A stretch of 64,000 nt of DNA from a virus (IMGVR_UViG_3300034071_001210:43893-107892), one strand, 5' to 3'; positions 1 to 11,094 are shown, numbered from the stretch's first letter. A program made the numbers and translations. Notes: generated from the sequence alone by a model not told the origin.

Positions 1-1434
1 ATAGGTATTAGATTTGGAAATAAATGACATCAATTCAACAATAATACGCTCATCATTTAATATGATCTTATTTTCTTCAATTAACCGTTTAAGAATAGCA
101 CAACCAATTTTTTTAGTTTGGGCAGTCGTTCTTATACCCATTTCATTTTTTCCAACCCCACCAAAGCCTTGAGACAAAATTTGTCCTTTTCGACCCATTA
201 CTTTTGTCATCAATACATTTTCGTATTCTAGATCGGTGTGTAAAATATTGGAAACCTGTCCACCCAAGTCATTTGTTTCAATTAAAACATATGCATTATT
301 ATATGCTTTGGCTGAATTAAATATAACTGTTGGAAAATTAAATGGGCTAATAGTATTATTTCTATAGGTAGCAACCACTTTGTATGGTGTGCTAGTTCCA
401 TCAATTACCGTAAATGCAGAATAGTCAGACCCCTGTCCACGAGATACGTCAGCCTGTAAAAAATAAATTTTATCGGTTTGTGGAATTTCATATACTCTAT
501 GACCTTCTACATTTTCAGAAATTGGTTCTTCCGGAGCAAGAACATTTAATTTTGTTGATGAAATTAAAGTATTAGAAGATCCTAAGAAACTGCAACCATA
601 CTCTTGGTTAAACTGTTCTTGGCTTGTATTGGCAATCTGTTCTTCTGCCCATTCTTGATTGCGTCTAGGTCCACCTGGAGTTATTGGAACTTGAGTCCAA
701 TCAACTTCAACGGGTACAAATCTATTTTTTGATTTATGTCCTGCAGGTCTATTAGCATCTACCCAAAGTTTATGAAAATGATTCATACCATTTGGAGTTG
801 AAACAATTATTAATTTGGTAGTCAAACCTGCCGAAATGGTTGGATACGTGGAAGAATAGAATTCTTCCGCAATATGCGAAGGTAAGAACGCGTACTCATC
901 CAACAACAATAGGTTATAAGAGCCACCACGGATCGCTGAAGACGATGTTGCATCGCAGACGACTCTAGACCCGTTTTCCAATTTAAAACTCGTCTTGTTC
1001 CATTCTACTACTCCTTGTTGCAGGAAATGTGGTAGATTTTCATAGGCTAATTGAAGTTTAGCAAACAATTCATCTTTTGCTGTTTTTAACTTATTGGCAA
1101 GAATAGCAACATTTACGCTTTGATTAAAAGTAACATAATGGCAAATATACCCAATAACAGAAGTAGACTTGCCAGATTGCCGAGGCCATTTTGAGATTAC
1201 AAAACGATTTTGATGAATCTGTTTTACAAATTCTTCCTGATAATCATACAACTTGAAAGGCATGATACCCTTATCAAGAGTTTTAACTTTTACATATTTA
1301 CTACAAAAATATACAGGATCATTGGCACATTTAACATATTCTTCCAGTTGCTCTTTAGTATACTGAATATCAATGCCAGGTGGCTTTAGTTTTGGGTTAT
1401 TTCTATAACCTTGATTACCGTTGTTTAGACTCAT
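1..1434 (-). CDS. gp17: Terminase large subunit (T4 gp17-like), runs off window start
   Basis: Manual translation from ATG at 1434: MSLNNGNQGYRNNPKLK...KWPRQSGKST (Walker A) and LLLLDEYAF (Walker B); next to small terminase. Confidence 0.95.
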   Translation of the reverse strand, partial: MSLNNGNQGYRNNPKLKPPGIDIQYTKEQLEEYVKCANDPVYFCSKYVKVKTLDKGIMPFKLYDYQEEFVKQIHQNRFVISKWPRQSGKSTSVIGYICHYVTFNQSVNVAILANKLKTAKDELFAKLQLAYENLPHFLQQGVVEWNKTSFKLENGSRVVCDATSSSAIRGGSYNLLLLDEYAFLPSHIAEEFYSSTYPTISAGLTTKLIIVSTPNGMNHFHKLWVDANRPAGHKSKNRFVPVEVDWTQVPITPGGPRRNQEWAEEQIANTSQEQFNQEYGCSFLGSSNTLISSTKLNVLAPEEPISENVEGHRVYEIPQTDKIYFLQADVSRGQGSDYSAFTVIDGTSTPYKVVATYRNNTISPFNFPTVIFNSAKAYNNAYVLIETNDLGGQVSNILHTDLEYENVLMTKVMGRKGQILSQGFGGVGKNEMGIRTTAQTKKIGCAILKRLIEENKIILNDERIIVELMSFISKSNTY

Positions 1435-1861
1435 TATTCACAACCTCTGCTTCGATTACTTTATCGGTGCTTCTATCTTTATTTAAGAGGTTCTGAAGAT
1501 CCTTGGTCGATCCAACAAAAACTGAATTATTTGTTTGTGAAACTTTGGTATTAGATGAGGTAGTATCTTTGGCTTTCTTATGAACATCTAAAACATTGTT
1601 GTTTAGATCTGCCATAGTTTTTAAGAGAATGGCAACAACTTCAAATGCTCTTGGACTATCAGATTCGGTAGCAACCTTTAATGCACTTTCAAGGGCTATA
1701 GTTCCATTCCCAAGCAAATCCTTTAAATTTGATTGAACCAACTCATAATCTTTTTGAAAATTATTATTGTCAAACGTACCACCAGATGTTGCTTTTGGTT
1801 CTGCGATTATTGCAGTATCAGGAACATCAAACAATTTAACCAAATTTTTATTAATATTCAT
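1415..1861 (-). CDS. gp16: Terminase small subunit (cyanophage-type gp16)
   Basis: PRAFEV and TNNSVFVGSTKDLQ motifs; lies between gp15 and gp17. Confidence 0.85.
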   Translation of the reverse strand: MNINKNLVKLFDVPDTAIIAEPKATSGGTFDNNNFQKDYELVQSNLKDLLGNGTIALESALKVATESDSPRAFEVVAILLKTMADLNNNVLDVHKKAKDTTSSNTKVSQTNNSVFVGSTKDLQNLLNKDRSTDKVIEAEVVNNESKQR

Positions 1862-1863
1862 AT

Positions 1864-2526
1864 TTAATCTTCAAAAATTACACCACTGTTGGATGTAGTA
1901 ACCGCTGTTGCTGCCTTTACTTCACCAAATATCCAAGATTTTGCTATAAATTGGAATGATGCAATATTTAATCTTCTGCTACTTAAATCACCTTCATATT
2001 TTTCAGTTAAACTATTTGTTACCATAACAATTGGTATCTGAACATCTTGTTGAGTTTCATTCATATTCATTGTTATAATATGGTCTGGAACAAAATATGG
2101 CATAATTTGTTCTACAATCTGCAACATATCATCTGTGTGTCTGGTATAAACAAACAAATTAAATGATACATTTACAGGAATCTTTGATCCAATTTGAGTT
2201 CCCGAAGATTGACATGTTCCATTAACATTTGTTAAATTCAAGATTGGTGCAATACGATTTAAACGGCGAGTTGGATCTGGAACAATAGTATTAATAATAT
2301 AACTAATAATTGGTAATTGAGTTTCAATACGAGTACCATCAGTTATAGAAGAAGGTTGTAATAAACGTTGAATAAACTTTTCTTGAGGAGAATAGTGAAT
2401 GGGAACACGAATATTAAAACTAGTAGATGTATCTGGTTCAATGCGAGCAACTTCAATCTTGCTAAACAGTGAACCAAAACCAACTACAAGTTTTCTTAAA
2501 TTTTCGTTGTAATAGTGTCCAAACAT
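1864..2526 (-). CDS. gp15: Tail sheath stabiliser/completion protein
   Basis: MFGHYYNENLRKLVVGFGSLF, VPIHYSPQEKF, QIVEQIMPYF; synteny. Confidence 0.9.
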   Translation of the reverse strand: MFGHYYNENLRKLVVGFGSLFSKIEVARIEPDTSTSFNIRVPIHYSPQEKFIQRLLQPSSITDGTRIETQLPIISYIINTIVPDPTRRLNRIAPILNLTNVNGTCQSSGTQIGSKIPVNVSFNLFVYTRHTDDMLQIVEQIMPYFVPDHIITMNMNETQQDVQIPIVMVTNSLTEKYEGDLSSRRLNIASFQFIAKSWIFGEVKAATAVTTSNSGVIFED

Positions 2527-2534
2527 ATTAATCC

Positions 2535-3209
2535 TTATGTGTTACCAGGTTGATCACATTCTGAAAACGGATCATTTGGATCAAATCCATAACAATTGCC
2601 TTCAGTCTGTAGTACGTCATTAATACCAAAGGTGGTACCAAGAACATTATTTAATGGAATATGCAAGGCTCCAGACAACCCTGTTGTAGATGTATATGGA
2701 ACATTGACTGCTGTATTATTTGTTTCAATTTTCTCATAACTGTAAGTGAAGAGTTCTGCAGTTATTTGATATGAATATAATTTTCCTAATGGATATAGGG
2801 GATTTTCATGTTCAACAAAATTAATTTCAAACAATGATTTTGATAAAGGTAAATAGATAAGATCACCTTCACGGGGTCTAATGATAGTAGAATCGATATC
2901 CGTAACTTCTTGTTTAAATCTTTTACGTGCAAAAACTAAAGTAATCTTATCTTTAATTTCTAAACCAAATTGTGTAATGACATCTGTTCCGTCAAAGCTC
3001 TTATATGACTGAATAAACATCTCTAACGTATATGCTTTTTTAAATGAAGATGATGGATCTTCACCAAAAATTTTATCTATTTGAAAATATTTACGAGGAA
3101 CATATACCAAATCTTGACCAATACCTTGAATTAGTTCAACGGTAATATCTTCGATCAGAGTTTGTTCTGGTCCGTACCTGGTACTATTGATGTAAGGATT
3201 AATAGCCAT
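2535..3209 (-). CDS. gp14: Neck protein
   Basis: RPREGDLIYLP, FEINFVEHENPLYPLGK motifs. Confidence 0.9.
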   Translation of the reverse strand: MAINPYINSTRYGPEQTLIEDITVELIQGIGQDLVYVPRKYFQIDKIFGEDPSSSFKKAYTLEMFIQSYKSFDGTDVITQFGLEIKDKITLVFARKRFKQEVTDIDSTIIRPREGDLIYLPLSKSLFEINFVEHENPLYPLGKLYSYQITAELFTYSYEKIETNNTAVNVPYTSTTGLSGALHIPLNNVLGTTFGINDVLQTEGNCYGFDPNDPFSECDQPGNT

Positions 3210-3210
3210 A

Positions 3211-4041
3211 TTAACCAATCATTGGATCTACAGGTAGTTCCTGTGTTTTTAACAACATTGCTTCAATTGTATCAAGTTCGCGTACAGCATCTTGCATTAT
3301 GGCTGGAGCATTTAATTGTGCGCCACCCGGTAAAGGCATACCAGTATACTTCATTAAATTCTGAGCCCATTGTTTTTTCAATAATGCGGCATAGTGTCTT
3401 TGGAAAATACGATCACTCCATATTTTTGGATAATATTCTGGATTTACTTGTACATATGCTTCTACCATAACATATTGATTTTGCTTAATATTTGCCCATT
3501 CACTTTCTAAAAATAAACGATCTGTTGTTTTTGTATATGTAAATGATGATGGGTAATTAAATACATCATTGATCATAGAAATATATGTCATTGCTTCCAT
3601 ATACAAACCCATAGGACCCTGAGAATAACCACTTTGATTAAAATACAAACCAAAGAAGTCAAATAGAGTCATCTGGTATCTCAAATCAAACATATAATCA
3701 CCAACAACAGAACTTGGACTATATACTTTGCTAATAGTTCTAATATCTGCAGCTGCTGGCCAAAATGATGTAACCCCAGTAGTTGAAGATGTAACTGGTT
3801 GTGCACCAATACTATATCCAAAGGTACTAACATCAAAATATTTATTTGCTATGATATTGGATGTGATAGGTACAACAAATTGTGCACGTTCATTAAAGTC
3901 AAAATGACGTTCGTGCATGTATTCTAATGATTCATCTAAACGGTCTTCAGCTTGCTCAGAATCAATATTAATTTGAATTACTGGTGCACCTAGTCGTCTA
4001 TATGTAAAATCAATGAATTCTTGTCTAGTTGTAATTGCCAT
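3211..4041 (-). CDS. gp13: Neck protein
   Basis: RRLGAPVIQIN, KKQWAQNLMKY, LPGGAQLN motifs. Confidence 0.9.
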   Translation of the reverse strand: MAITTRQEFIDFTYRRLGAPVIQINIDSEQAEDRLDESLEYMHERHFDFNERAQFVVPITSNIIANKYFDVSTFGYSIGAQPVTSSTTGVTSFWPAAADIRTISKVYSPSSVVGDYMFDLRYQMTLFDFFGLYFNQSGYSQGPMGLYMEAMTYISMINDVFNYPSSFTYTKTTDRLFLESEWANIKQNQYVMVEAYVQVNPEYYPKIWSDRIFQRHYAALLKKQWAQNLMKYTGMPLPGGAQLNAPAIMQDAVRELDTIEAMLLKTQELPVDPMIG

Positions 4042-4049
4042 AGAAATAT

Positions 4050-4505
4050 TTATGAATTCTCAATGATTTTATTTATTTTTTCAATCATCTCTTCTTTTTC
4101 TTCACTTGAACCTATTGTTACTTGAATAAGTTCCAATTCCTTTGGATCAATTGTTTCAATCATTTCTTTTCGCAATTTAACTTCAATGGGTTTAAAATTT
4201 GGGTCATAATTACTAAATCCTGGCATTTTCATTGGACAATTTAAAACTGGATAATCTAATTTTGAATAATCATCCGAACTCTGTATCAACCATGTGTGTG
4301 CCTTATCCCCACAGCCACACCCACCACAGTAACTTTTGGTTGAATCTACTGCACTAGTTTTTAAAAATACACATGGAGTGGTAATACTACTACTACCACC
4401 AAAACAAGACAGCACTCTAAGCTGTTTTGTTTGAATATCCGTTTTTTTATTGCCAATTCCTCTAGATGTTAGAGAAGCAGCAAACATCATCATTTTTTGA
4501 AACAT
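4050..4505 (-). CDS. Cys-rich hypothetical protein
   Basis: CGGCGCG...KLDYPVLNCP; same motif as ORF 18664. Confidence 0.7.
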   Translation of the reverse strand: MFQKMMMFAASLTSRGIGNKKTDIQTKQLRVLSCFGGSSSITTPCVFLKTSAVDSTKSYCGGCGCGDKAHTWLIQSSDDYSKLDYPVLNCPMKMPGFSNYDPNFKPIEVKLRKEMIETIDPKELELIQVTIGSSEEKEEMIEKINKIIENS

Positions 4506-4509
4506 AATC

Positions 4510-5145
4510 TTATAAAGTTGTATAGTTAACAGCCATACCAGCAGGAACAACATACAAAGCAATAAATGGTTTAAATTTTTCTATATCTGAAAGCAATGCA
4601 CTTGTTACTTTAATGTCTATGTTAGTAAAATTGGAAGTGGTAACAGTAACATCACTGATTGAAAACCCAAGAAGTGAACAGATCAAATATTTAATTGCAC
4701 TTGGTGTACCTTTAATATCAAAATAATTTGAATCAGATTTTACTAAAAATCTTCTTATATTAGGAAGTATTGGGCTTAAATGTGATTGAGAAAAATCAGC
4801 ATTTGGAAAATAAAAATCAGCAACTGCTTCTAAAAATATAGAATTCATAAACAATGGAACTCTAATATTTTCCCAATTTAGTTGTGCACCATACCCGTAT
4901 TCTTGACTTAATAACCATCTTAAATAATTTTTAATTATTGGAATAATTGCAACATTATTTGGATCAGATTGATATGACTTTATAATCCATTGTGGAAATA
5001 AAGATTCTATTGTAAGATTGTCTCCTAACCATTTAGAATCATTTCTATCTTGAAAATCACTACCATATAGACTGCTAGCTCTCGCAGTGGTAATTGCATT
5101 TTTTACATTATAAGAAACAGGTTGTTCTTTAAGAAAGAAAATCAT
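4510..5145 (-). CDS. Putative baseplate wedge-associated protein
   Basis: Directly downstream of gp6-like gene; KGTPSAIKYL motif typical of wedge/tail proteins. Confidence 0.5.
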   Translation of the reverse strand: MIFFLKEQPVSYNVKNAITTARASSLYGSDFQDRNDSKWLGDNLTIESLFPQWIIKSYQSDPNNVAIIPIIKNYLRWLLSQEYGYGAQLNWENIRVPLFMNSIFLEAVADFYFPNADFSQSHLSPILPNIRRFLVKSDSNYFDIKGTPSAIKYLICSLLGFSISDVTVTTSNFTNIDIKVTSALLSDIEKFKPFIALYVVPAGMAVNYTTL

Positions 5146-6221
5146 AGTCGATATACCAAGTTTATACCAGCTACAGATCTAGCATTTAAATATGATAGTA
5201 GTAGCGATTGATTATTAGAAGATAAACCAGTAACATAAATATTAACTGTTCCAGGAACACAGCAATCCGTTGCTACAGTAATAAGTGAAGAATCCGATGT
5301 TCCTGAAATACCAGAAGATAAAATGGCATTAACAAAATCGTTAATTGTTACACATCTATCTTGTCCCGTGGCTTTAAATAATAGTCTACATCTGGCTTCT
5401 GTTACAGAAATTTGACTATATCCACCGGAAGGTGTTGCATTTGTTACAAACGTAACGTCAGATCTTGCGGTTATAGCAGCGTTATTACCAGAGGTTCCAT
5501 TTGATGTTACTGCTTTAATTAATACTGAGTTTGATGTTTGTATTTCCAATGCAGATACAAAATTATTTGTAACAATAAAACCTTTAGGACCATTGATTAC
5601 TGTAAATGTTTTATTATTTCCAACAATACCCGTAGAACTTTTATCTACTCTAGTCCATTCAGAGTATGTGGATCCACCGTTTACATTTTCATAAAAAGAA
5701 ATAGTATCTGGATCAACGGTGTATGGTAGTTCACATGATTGAGTATCGTAGTTATAATTTGTATAAGACACTACTTCAGATCCAGAATACAATTTTAAAG
5801 ATTTGCTTACACCAGAATTTACAGTATCGATATTAAAAAAGAACGTATCAGCACCGGTTGTAGTTTTTGCTTTAAATGAAGTATATGGGTATAAGGTTGC
5901 ACCAGCAGCAGTAACGGTTCTAGTACACGTAGCACTTTGAGATGGTGCTATAAGTACAGAATTATTTGCAGCAATTCCCAAAATACTTGGTAATAAAGTT
6001 GTGGTAGTAGCAAAAGAATTTACATAACCATATTGAGCATATATTCCATTATAAGCGGTAACAGTAGAAAGAATATTTAATATTAAATTTGCAGTACTAG
6101 CATTATTTGTAAAATCAATATCCTGTAATTCTGGTTGATTATTAAAAAATGTTGTGAGTGATGATTTAATCTCACTAAAATCCAAAGAGGCAACATTGAG
6201 GTTTTTGAGTTGGTATGTCAT
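5142..6221 (-). CDS. gp6: Baseplate wedge subunit (short gp6-like)
   Basis: LDFSEIKSSL N-terminus; QDRCVTINDF matches the QxRxVTxxDY motif. Confidence 0.75.
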   Translation of the reverse strand: MTYQLKNLNVASLDFSEIKSSLTTFFNNQPELQDIDFTNNASTANLILNILSTVTAYNGIYAQYGYVNSFATTTTLLPSILGIAANNSVLIAPSQSATCTRTVTAAGATLYPYTSFKAKTTTGADTFFFNIDTVNSGVSKSLKLYSGSEVVSYTNYNYDTQSCELPYTVDPDTISFYENVNGGSTYSEWTRVDKSSTGIVGNNKTFTVINGPKGFIVTNNFVSALEIQTSNSVLIKAVTSNGTSGNNAAITARSDVTFVTNATPSGGYSQISVTEARCRLLFKATGQDRCVTINDFVNAILSSGISGTSDSSLITVATDCCVPGTVNIYVTGLSSNNQSLLLSYLNARSVAGINLVYRL

Positions 6222-6601
6222 TATAGTTCGACTTCAATAAATGTAGAGGTATTTGATTGTTTTATGATGCCATCAGAAGTTGAAAAGTAAATTAAAAATT
6301 GAAATACTGTATCTGATGCATATTGTACATTTACTTTAACATTTGTTAAAGATGGTATAGCAGAATTTATATATGCTGCCATATTATTTTCTAAAAGCCC
6401 AATATTTGCTTGTCCATCAAAAATATAACTAAAATAATCAGATCCAAGATTAATATCGGAAACCAATTCACCTTTTTGTGTTTTACATACATTTTCAATA
6501 TATTGTGAATATGCATTAAAGCCACTAACCAAACCAATATCTTTTTTGGTTGATGAAGAGTTTATCTTTTCCAATAATATTGAAAAATCTTTAATAGCCA
6601 T
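6221..6601 (-). CDS. gp25: Baseplate wedge/sheath initiator (gp25-like)
   Basis: Size, position before gp6, TQKGE...LGSD motif. Confidence 0.65.
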   Translation of the reverse strand: MAIKDFSILLEKINSSSTKKDIGLVSGFNAYSQYIENVCKTQKGELVSDINLGSDYFSYIFDGQANIGLLENNMAAYINSAIPSLTNVKVNVQYASDTVFQFLIYFSTSDGIIKQSNTSTFIEVEL

Positions 6602-6614
6602 TAGAATATTTATA

Positions 6615-7415
6615 TCATGGGTAAATTGGGACATCTAGTGTTATCCCAGTGTAATCGCCAGCAATCGTTGTTAACGCTAATGCGGATTCATGTGTACCAG
6701 AACTAGTAACGACATGTTTAATTCCTGTAATATAATAAACACCATTTAATATAGCACTTTTTGATGCATATGGGTATCCACTTATACCATTAGAATTTAA
6801 ACGAATTGTTTGTCCAACTTTTAACTTAAAATCACCCGGAATAGTTACATCTATTTTTCTTCCATATTGCAGAGCATCTGTAAATTCTGCTCTTTTTACT
6901 GGAGTTTCTACTGGAGTATTCCAAAAAGATGCTACATTTAATCTAAGTTTGATATATGCTTCATACTTCGGTCCTATATCCGGACAACTGCAACTATATG
7001 GTGCGGAAGGAGTTCCCCAAAGACATCCTAACCACTGTTCACCCAACCCTTCTGTGCTATTAATTTTATCACACTCTTCATTAGAAGTATCAAAATACAC
7101 ATCTACTGGTAGTGACGAATTTAATCTATTGAGTGCTGGTGGACACCCAGTTGGTCCTTCCCACAATGATACACCACCGGAACTTCCAGAAACACCTTCA
7201 GATTCTTCTATGGCTGGTTTATAGAATCCAACTGCTTCTGCAATTTCTTTAACTCCAGGAAAACTTTGAAAACATTCTTCAATAGTTCCCGGTGTGCTTG
7301 TAACACCACGTGTAATAGAGGAATTAGCACATTCATAACTATCACGACTAATAACCGGATAGAATGATTCTTGTCCTTGGTTTGTACCGTATGTGTATAT
7401 TTGTTTTGATGACAT
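6615..7415 (-). CDS. Baseplate hub-like protein, C-terminal part (gp27/GPD-like)
   Basis: VTIPGDFKLKVGQTI...LNGVYYITGIKH is typical of hub protein C-termini. Confidence 0.55.
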   Translation of the reverse strand: MSSKQIYTYGTNQGQESFYPVISRDSYECANSSITRGVTSTPGTIEECFQSFPGVKEIAEAVGFYKPAIEESEGVSGSSGGVSLWEGPTGCPPALNRLNSSLPVDVYFDTSNEECDKINSTEGLGEQWLGCLWGTPSAPYSCSCPDIGPKYEAYIKLRLNVASFWNTPVETPVKRAEFTDALQYGRKIDVTIPGDFKLKVGQTIRLNSNGISGYPYASKSAILNGVYYITGIKHVVTSSGTHESALALTTIAGDYTGITLDVPIYP

Positions 7416-7429
7416 CTAATATCCTACCT

Positions 7430-9385
7430 TTAACAGGTTCCATCCAAGACATTTTCAATCCAGAAAGAGGTTACACGTGTTTTTGCATCAATTTGTTCAA
7501 TGCAAACTCTGGCAATATGGTTTATATCACCACCACTAACCCCGATAGTAGAACTTGTAGTGGCACCAATAGGTCTAAACTTAAATGATGCTGATGTTGG
7601 GCTAACCCATCCTGGTGGTAAATAAGAACCAGATAAACCTCGTTCATTTAAGTTGATTGCCCAAGTATCATCTTGTGTTGAACTAGATTTTTTACTGGGA
7701 TCCAAACACCATTTTTCTAATTGGTGACTATATGTTGTACATCCAGATATACCAGCTACAACAGCTGCACCGGAACTACCACATGTTCCACAAGTTACAC
7801 CTTCATGTCCTGGTTCAAATAATATTTTATTCCACTTATATCTGTAAAATTTAGCAGAACCTGGTAATGTTGGATCTGGTGCACACGTTACTCCATAATA
7901 GGTATTATCTGGTTCATATCTTTGAAGAACAGCAAAGAAACAATCTTCATTTTTACCCATACAACATAATGAATACATTACAAAATTTTGTGCTTCGATT
8001 TCTCTAATTTTTTCTAATCTACCAGCAGCGGCTGATGCTCCAGATGCTCCACCAGAAAATATATCATATCTAATATCCACTACCTTTTGTAAATTTGTTT
8101 CAGCTCCAGGAAGGTCATCATTATCAGGATAATCTGGATGTATGGGTGTAACATCAAACATGTTTTTCCACATATCTGGACTATCCAAAAATGGCATAAA
8201 TCCATCAAGACCCATTAAACTTAATGATTTATAATTATTTTCAACACCATATTGATTATAAATTGTATTCGTAATAGATTTACTATTACTAGGAACTTGT
8301 CCATCATAATACCCCCATGAGTTTTCTGGAATTAGTTGATCACCGCCCTGTGGTGCATCGGTTCCTCGCCCCGATACAGTTACAACATCAATATTGTATT
8401 TTTGTCCATCATCTTGAAATTGAAATGTAAGATTTTTTAATGCTGTATTTTTTGTAGTATTTTCTGCATCTAATTCGGCATTTATTTTTGCATCACCTGT
8501 TAACCCATCTGGGATTGTTATCGTTGGAAGTGTGTCCAAATATTTTGGTGTTTTTCTAATATAATAATAGTTTTTAGAAATCCATTGGTATGCTGGATTA
8601 GATGCTAAAAAATATGCTTTTCTGTATTGTTTTTTATCAGACAATTTTTGAATAACTGCATCACCTTTAAATATACCAACATTTCTTACATCAGCATCCA
8701 TCGAGGCATATGATGCGTCATCTAGAATATTTCGTTTAAATGATTTAAAATTAACATCACCAGCCATACCAGTCCAAAATATAAAATTTGGTTCCCCAAA
8801 GTCGTCAACAGCACCAGTAGAAAGATAATTAAACAACTCAATTGCATTATCTGGAATACTTTCTTCACCAGAATTATATGGTGACAGTGGTTTATATAAA
8901 AAATAATTTGATGCAGAATCATTCCACCCAGATCCAGAGGTTACTCCAAAAGTAAATCTTAATTGTTCTACAAGTTCATTTATATGGAATACTTTAGGTT
9001 TCTTAAAACCTAAAAGCGAATTTAATGAATTTGTAGAAAAATATTTATAATAATGATTTGTAAAATTTATAGAAACTAGCGTATCGTCACTATCTGATCC
9101 CGCATTATTAATATAAGAAACGCTAGTAACATCACAATCCCATTTTTTACCATCAAAAAATTCAATAATAACTTTATCAATAGAATTAGTGTTAACATAA
9201 CTAACAATATCTTTTAAATCTGTAACAACCACGGTTCCACGTGGTAAAACCTCTGTAATATTTTCTACTATTTCTATTTTTTCAAATCTGCATTCTGTGT
9301 TTTGTTTGCTTATTTCTAAACCACCAACAAAAACCGATTTAATAGTAGAATATGCTGGGTTAAACTGTGATTGTGTATTTGGCAT
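7430..9385 (-). CDS. Baseplate hub-like protein, N-terminal part
   Basis: IEIVENI...RGTVVVTD N-terminus, FIFW...NFKSF; downstream of gp53. Confidence 0.5.
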   Translation of the reverse strand: MPNTQSQFNPAYSTIKSVFVGGLEISKQNTECRFEKIEIVENITEVLPRGTVVVTDLKDIVSYVNTNSIDKVIIEFFDGKKWDCDVTSVSYINNAGSDSDDTLVSINFTNHYYKYFSTNSLNSLLGFKKPKVFHINELVEQLRFTFGVTSGSGWNDSASNYFLYKPLSPYNSGEESIPDNAIELFNYLSTGAVDDFGEPNFIFWTGMAGDVNFKSFKRNILDDASYASMDADVRNVGIFKGDAVIQKLSDKKQYRKAYFLASNPAYQWISKNYYYIRKTPKYLDTLPTITIPDGLTGDAKINAELDAENTTKNTALKNLTFQFQDDGQKYNIDVVTVSGRGTDAPQGGDQLIPENSWGYYDGQVPSNSKSITNTIYNQYGVENNYKSLSLMGLDGFMPFLDSPDMWKNMFDVTPIHPDYPDNDDLPGAETNLQKVVDIRYDIFSGGASGASAAAGRLEKIREIEAQNFVMYSLCCMGKNEDCFFAVLQRYEPDNTYYGVTCAPDPTLPGSAKFYRYKWNKILFEPGHEGVTCGTCGSSGAAVVAGISGCTTYSHQLEKWCLDPSKKSSSTQDDTWAINLNERGLSGSYLPPGWVSPTSASFKFRPIGATTSSTIGVSGGDINHIARVCIEQIDAKTRVTSFWIENVLDGTC

Positions 9386-9392
9386 AAATGTA

Positions 9393-10241
9393 TCACTTAT
9401 ACTTAGTAGCAACAAAAGAAGATTGAATTAAACCAAGTTGTTTTGGTACATATGCTTGAATATTTTTAGAAGCAGTTGTAATTTCTTGTTGTGCAGTATA
9501 TGTTGTATATGGTACAACTCCACCCAATGGTGTTGATTGTGTTATAATTGTATCAAGAGTTGGTTCACCATCCAAAGCCCTCACGTTTTTATATATTGTT
9601 TTTCCATCAGTTTTATTAACTTGTTTAACCACTTTAGTATTGGCTGTTTGAACAGAAGTTACATATCTGTTATATGGTGCAGCATATGTTCCGTCTGGAT
9701 TTAAAGGAACAACAGTAACATATGCATCCTTAATTAAAAAATTATTTCCACTCGTTACTACACTCGCTGTCATGGTAAGATCATAATAAGAAGAATCCAC
9801 TATAACTGCCATTGCCCCATTCATATTATAAGATCCAGTACTACCATAGAAAGTATCAGTTCCACTATTAGCAATATATGGAAATATTAAACTACCAATT
9901 GGAAATGCCAAATTTGGTCCAAGTATATCTAATGTAGTATCATTTATTGATAAAACAAAACAAGTATTATTTTTATTAGCATTAGTAAAAATATTTACAT
10001 TACTTTCAACTAATGTAAATGGATTGATTACATTATTAGCAGCAACAATAGCCCAGAAACTATCGGGATCTTGATATGTTGCAGCAGCAGCCTCTAATAA
10101 AGTCGTTTTACTATCTATCGATATATTGCTTTCCTGTATTGGGGCATTTTCTACATCAAGGTATGTAAAAAAATCAGAGATATCAAATGTACCAATTGTA
10201 GTTTCAAAAGAAGTTTTAGGTAAATTTTCAAAGAATTTCAT
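9393..10241 (-). CDS. gp53: Baseplate wedge protein (gp53-like)
   Basis: MKFFENLP N-terminus; YQDPDSFWAIVAANNVINP LysM-like motif. Confidence 0.8.
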   Translation of the reverse strand: MKFFENLPKTSFETTIGTFDISDFFTYLDVENAPIQESNISIDSKTTLLEAAAATYQDPDSFWAIVAANNVINPFTLVESNVNIFTNANKNNTCFVLSINDTTLDILGPNLAFPIGSLIFPYIANSGTDTFYGSTGSYNMNGAMAVIVDSSYYDLTMTASVVTSGNNFLIKDAYVTVVPLNPDGTYAAPYNRYVTSVQTANTKVVKQVNKTDGKTIYKNVRALDGEPTLDTIITQSTPLGGVVPYTTYTAQQEITTASKNIQAYVPKQLGLIQSSFVATKYK

Positions 10242-11059
10242 GCTGATGGACCAAAATAATAATTTGAGATTTCTGATTTAGACCAAACAGCATTTGCTTC
10301 TGGAACATATGTACCTGTTTCAAATTCACTAAAAAGTAATCCTAATAGAGTAATAGATGATGCGCCGTTTGGTAGATATCTAATGACTGGATCTATTTCA
10401 TCATTTTTTTGAACCTTAACAGTTTCTAAAACACATACTAAAGGTTCTCCCATCCAGTTTGCTGTTAAGTTTTCTTCACCACCTAATGCAACACCATTAC
10501 CTTTGGATATTTTTAATGCCCATAAATTTTGAGGATATGATCGTTCAGGTAAACCGGTGGCTACTGCTGGATAAGATGCTTTTCTAAATGTTCCTATAAT
10601 TTCTTCAACTTGAATGGTTTCTGCAGCATTTTTGGGAACAAAAACATATTGAAAAAAGTATTTTTTACGTCCTTCGGATACCATTGTTGCTTCAGCAATA
10701 TTACTAAAACGTCTATAAGTTGAGGTTGCAAACATTCTTTCCCAATAAAATGTTGCTGGTTGTATGTTTCTTTTTAATAGATTTATTGCACCTTTCATTC
10801 CTCCACCACTATTAGCTAGTCCAGCTCTATTAATCATAGGTCCAACTGGATTATTATTACTTTCACCATATTCATGTGCAACTTGATAGCCAGGTTCCTT
10901 TGGCATAGGTAATGAAATTTGAGCAAATGCTCTGTTTATAACTCCTACTCTAGTACGTTCATTGTTTTTTAATGAATAATTGGCAGCATAAAAATTCAAC
11001 CAAAGAGGTTGTTCTGCTTGAGCCAAGCCATATGGATATCTAAAGTTATATTGTGCCAT
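10238..11059 (-). CDS. gp48: Baseplate tail-tube cap (gp48-like)
   Basis: ISLPMP, RKKYFFQYVFVPKNAAE, LFSEFE; synteny. Confidence 0.7.
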   Translation of the reverse strand: MAQYNFRYPYGLAQAEQPLWLNFYAANYSLKNNERTRVGVINRAFAQISLPMPKEPGYQVAHEYGESNNNPVGPMINRAGLANSGGGMKGAINLLKRNIQPATFYWERMFATSTYRRFSNIAEATMVSEGRKKYFFQYVFVPKNAAETIQVEEIIGTFRKASYPAVATGLPERSYPQNLWALKISKGNGVALGGEENLTANWMGEPLVCVLETVKVQKNDEIDPVIRYLPNGASSITLLGLLFSEFETGTYVPEANAVWSKSEISNYYFGPSA

Positions 11060-11094
11060 GTAATAATATTTAGATAATTTAACTAAATATTATA

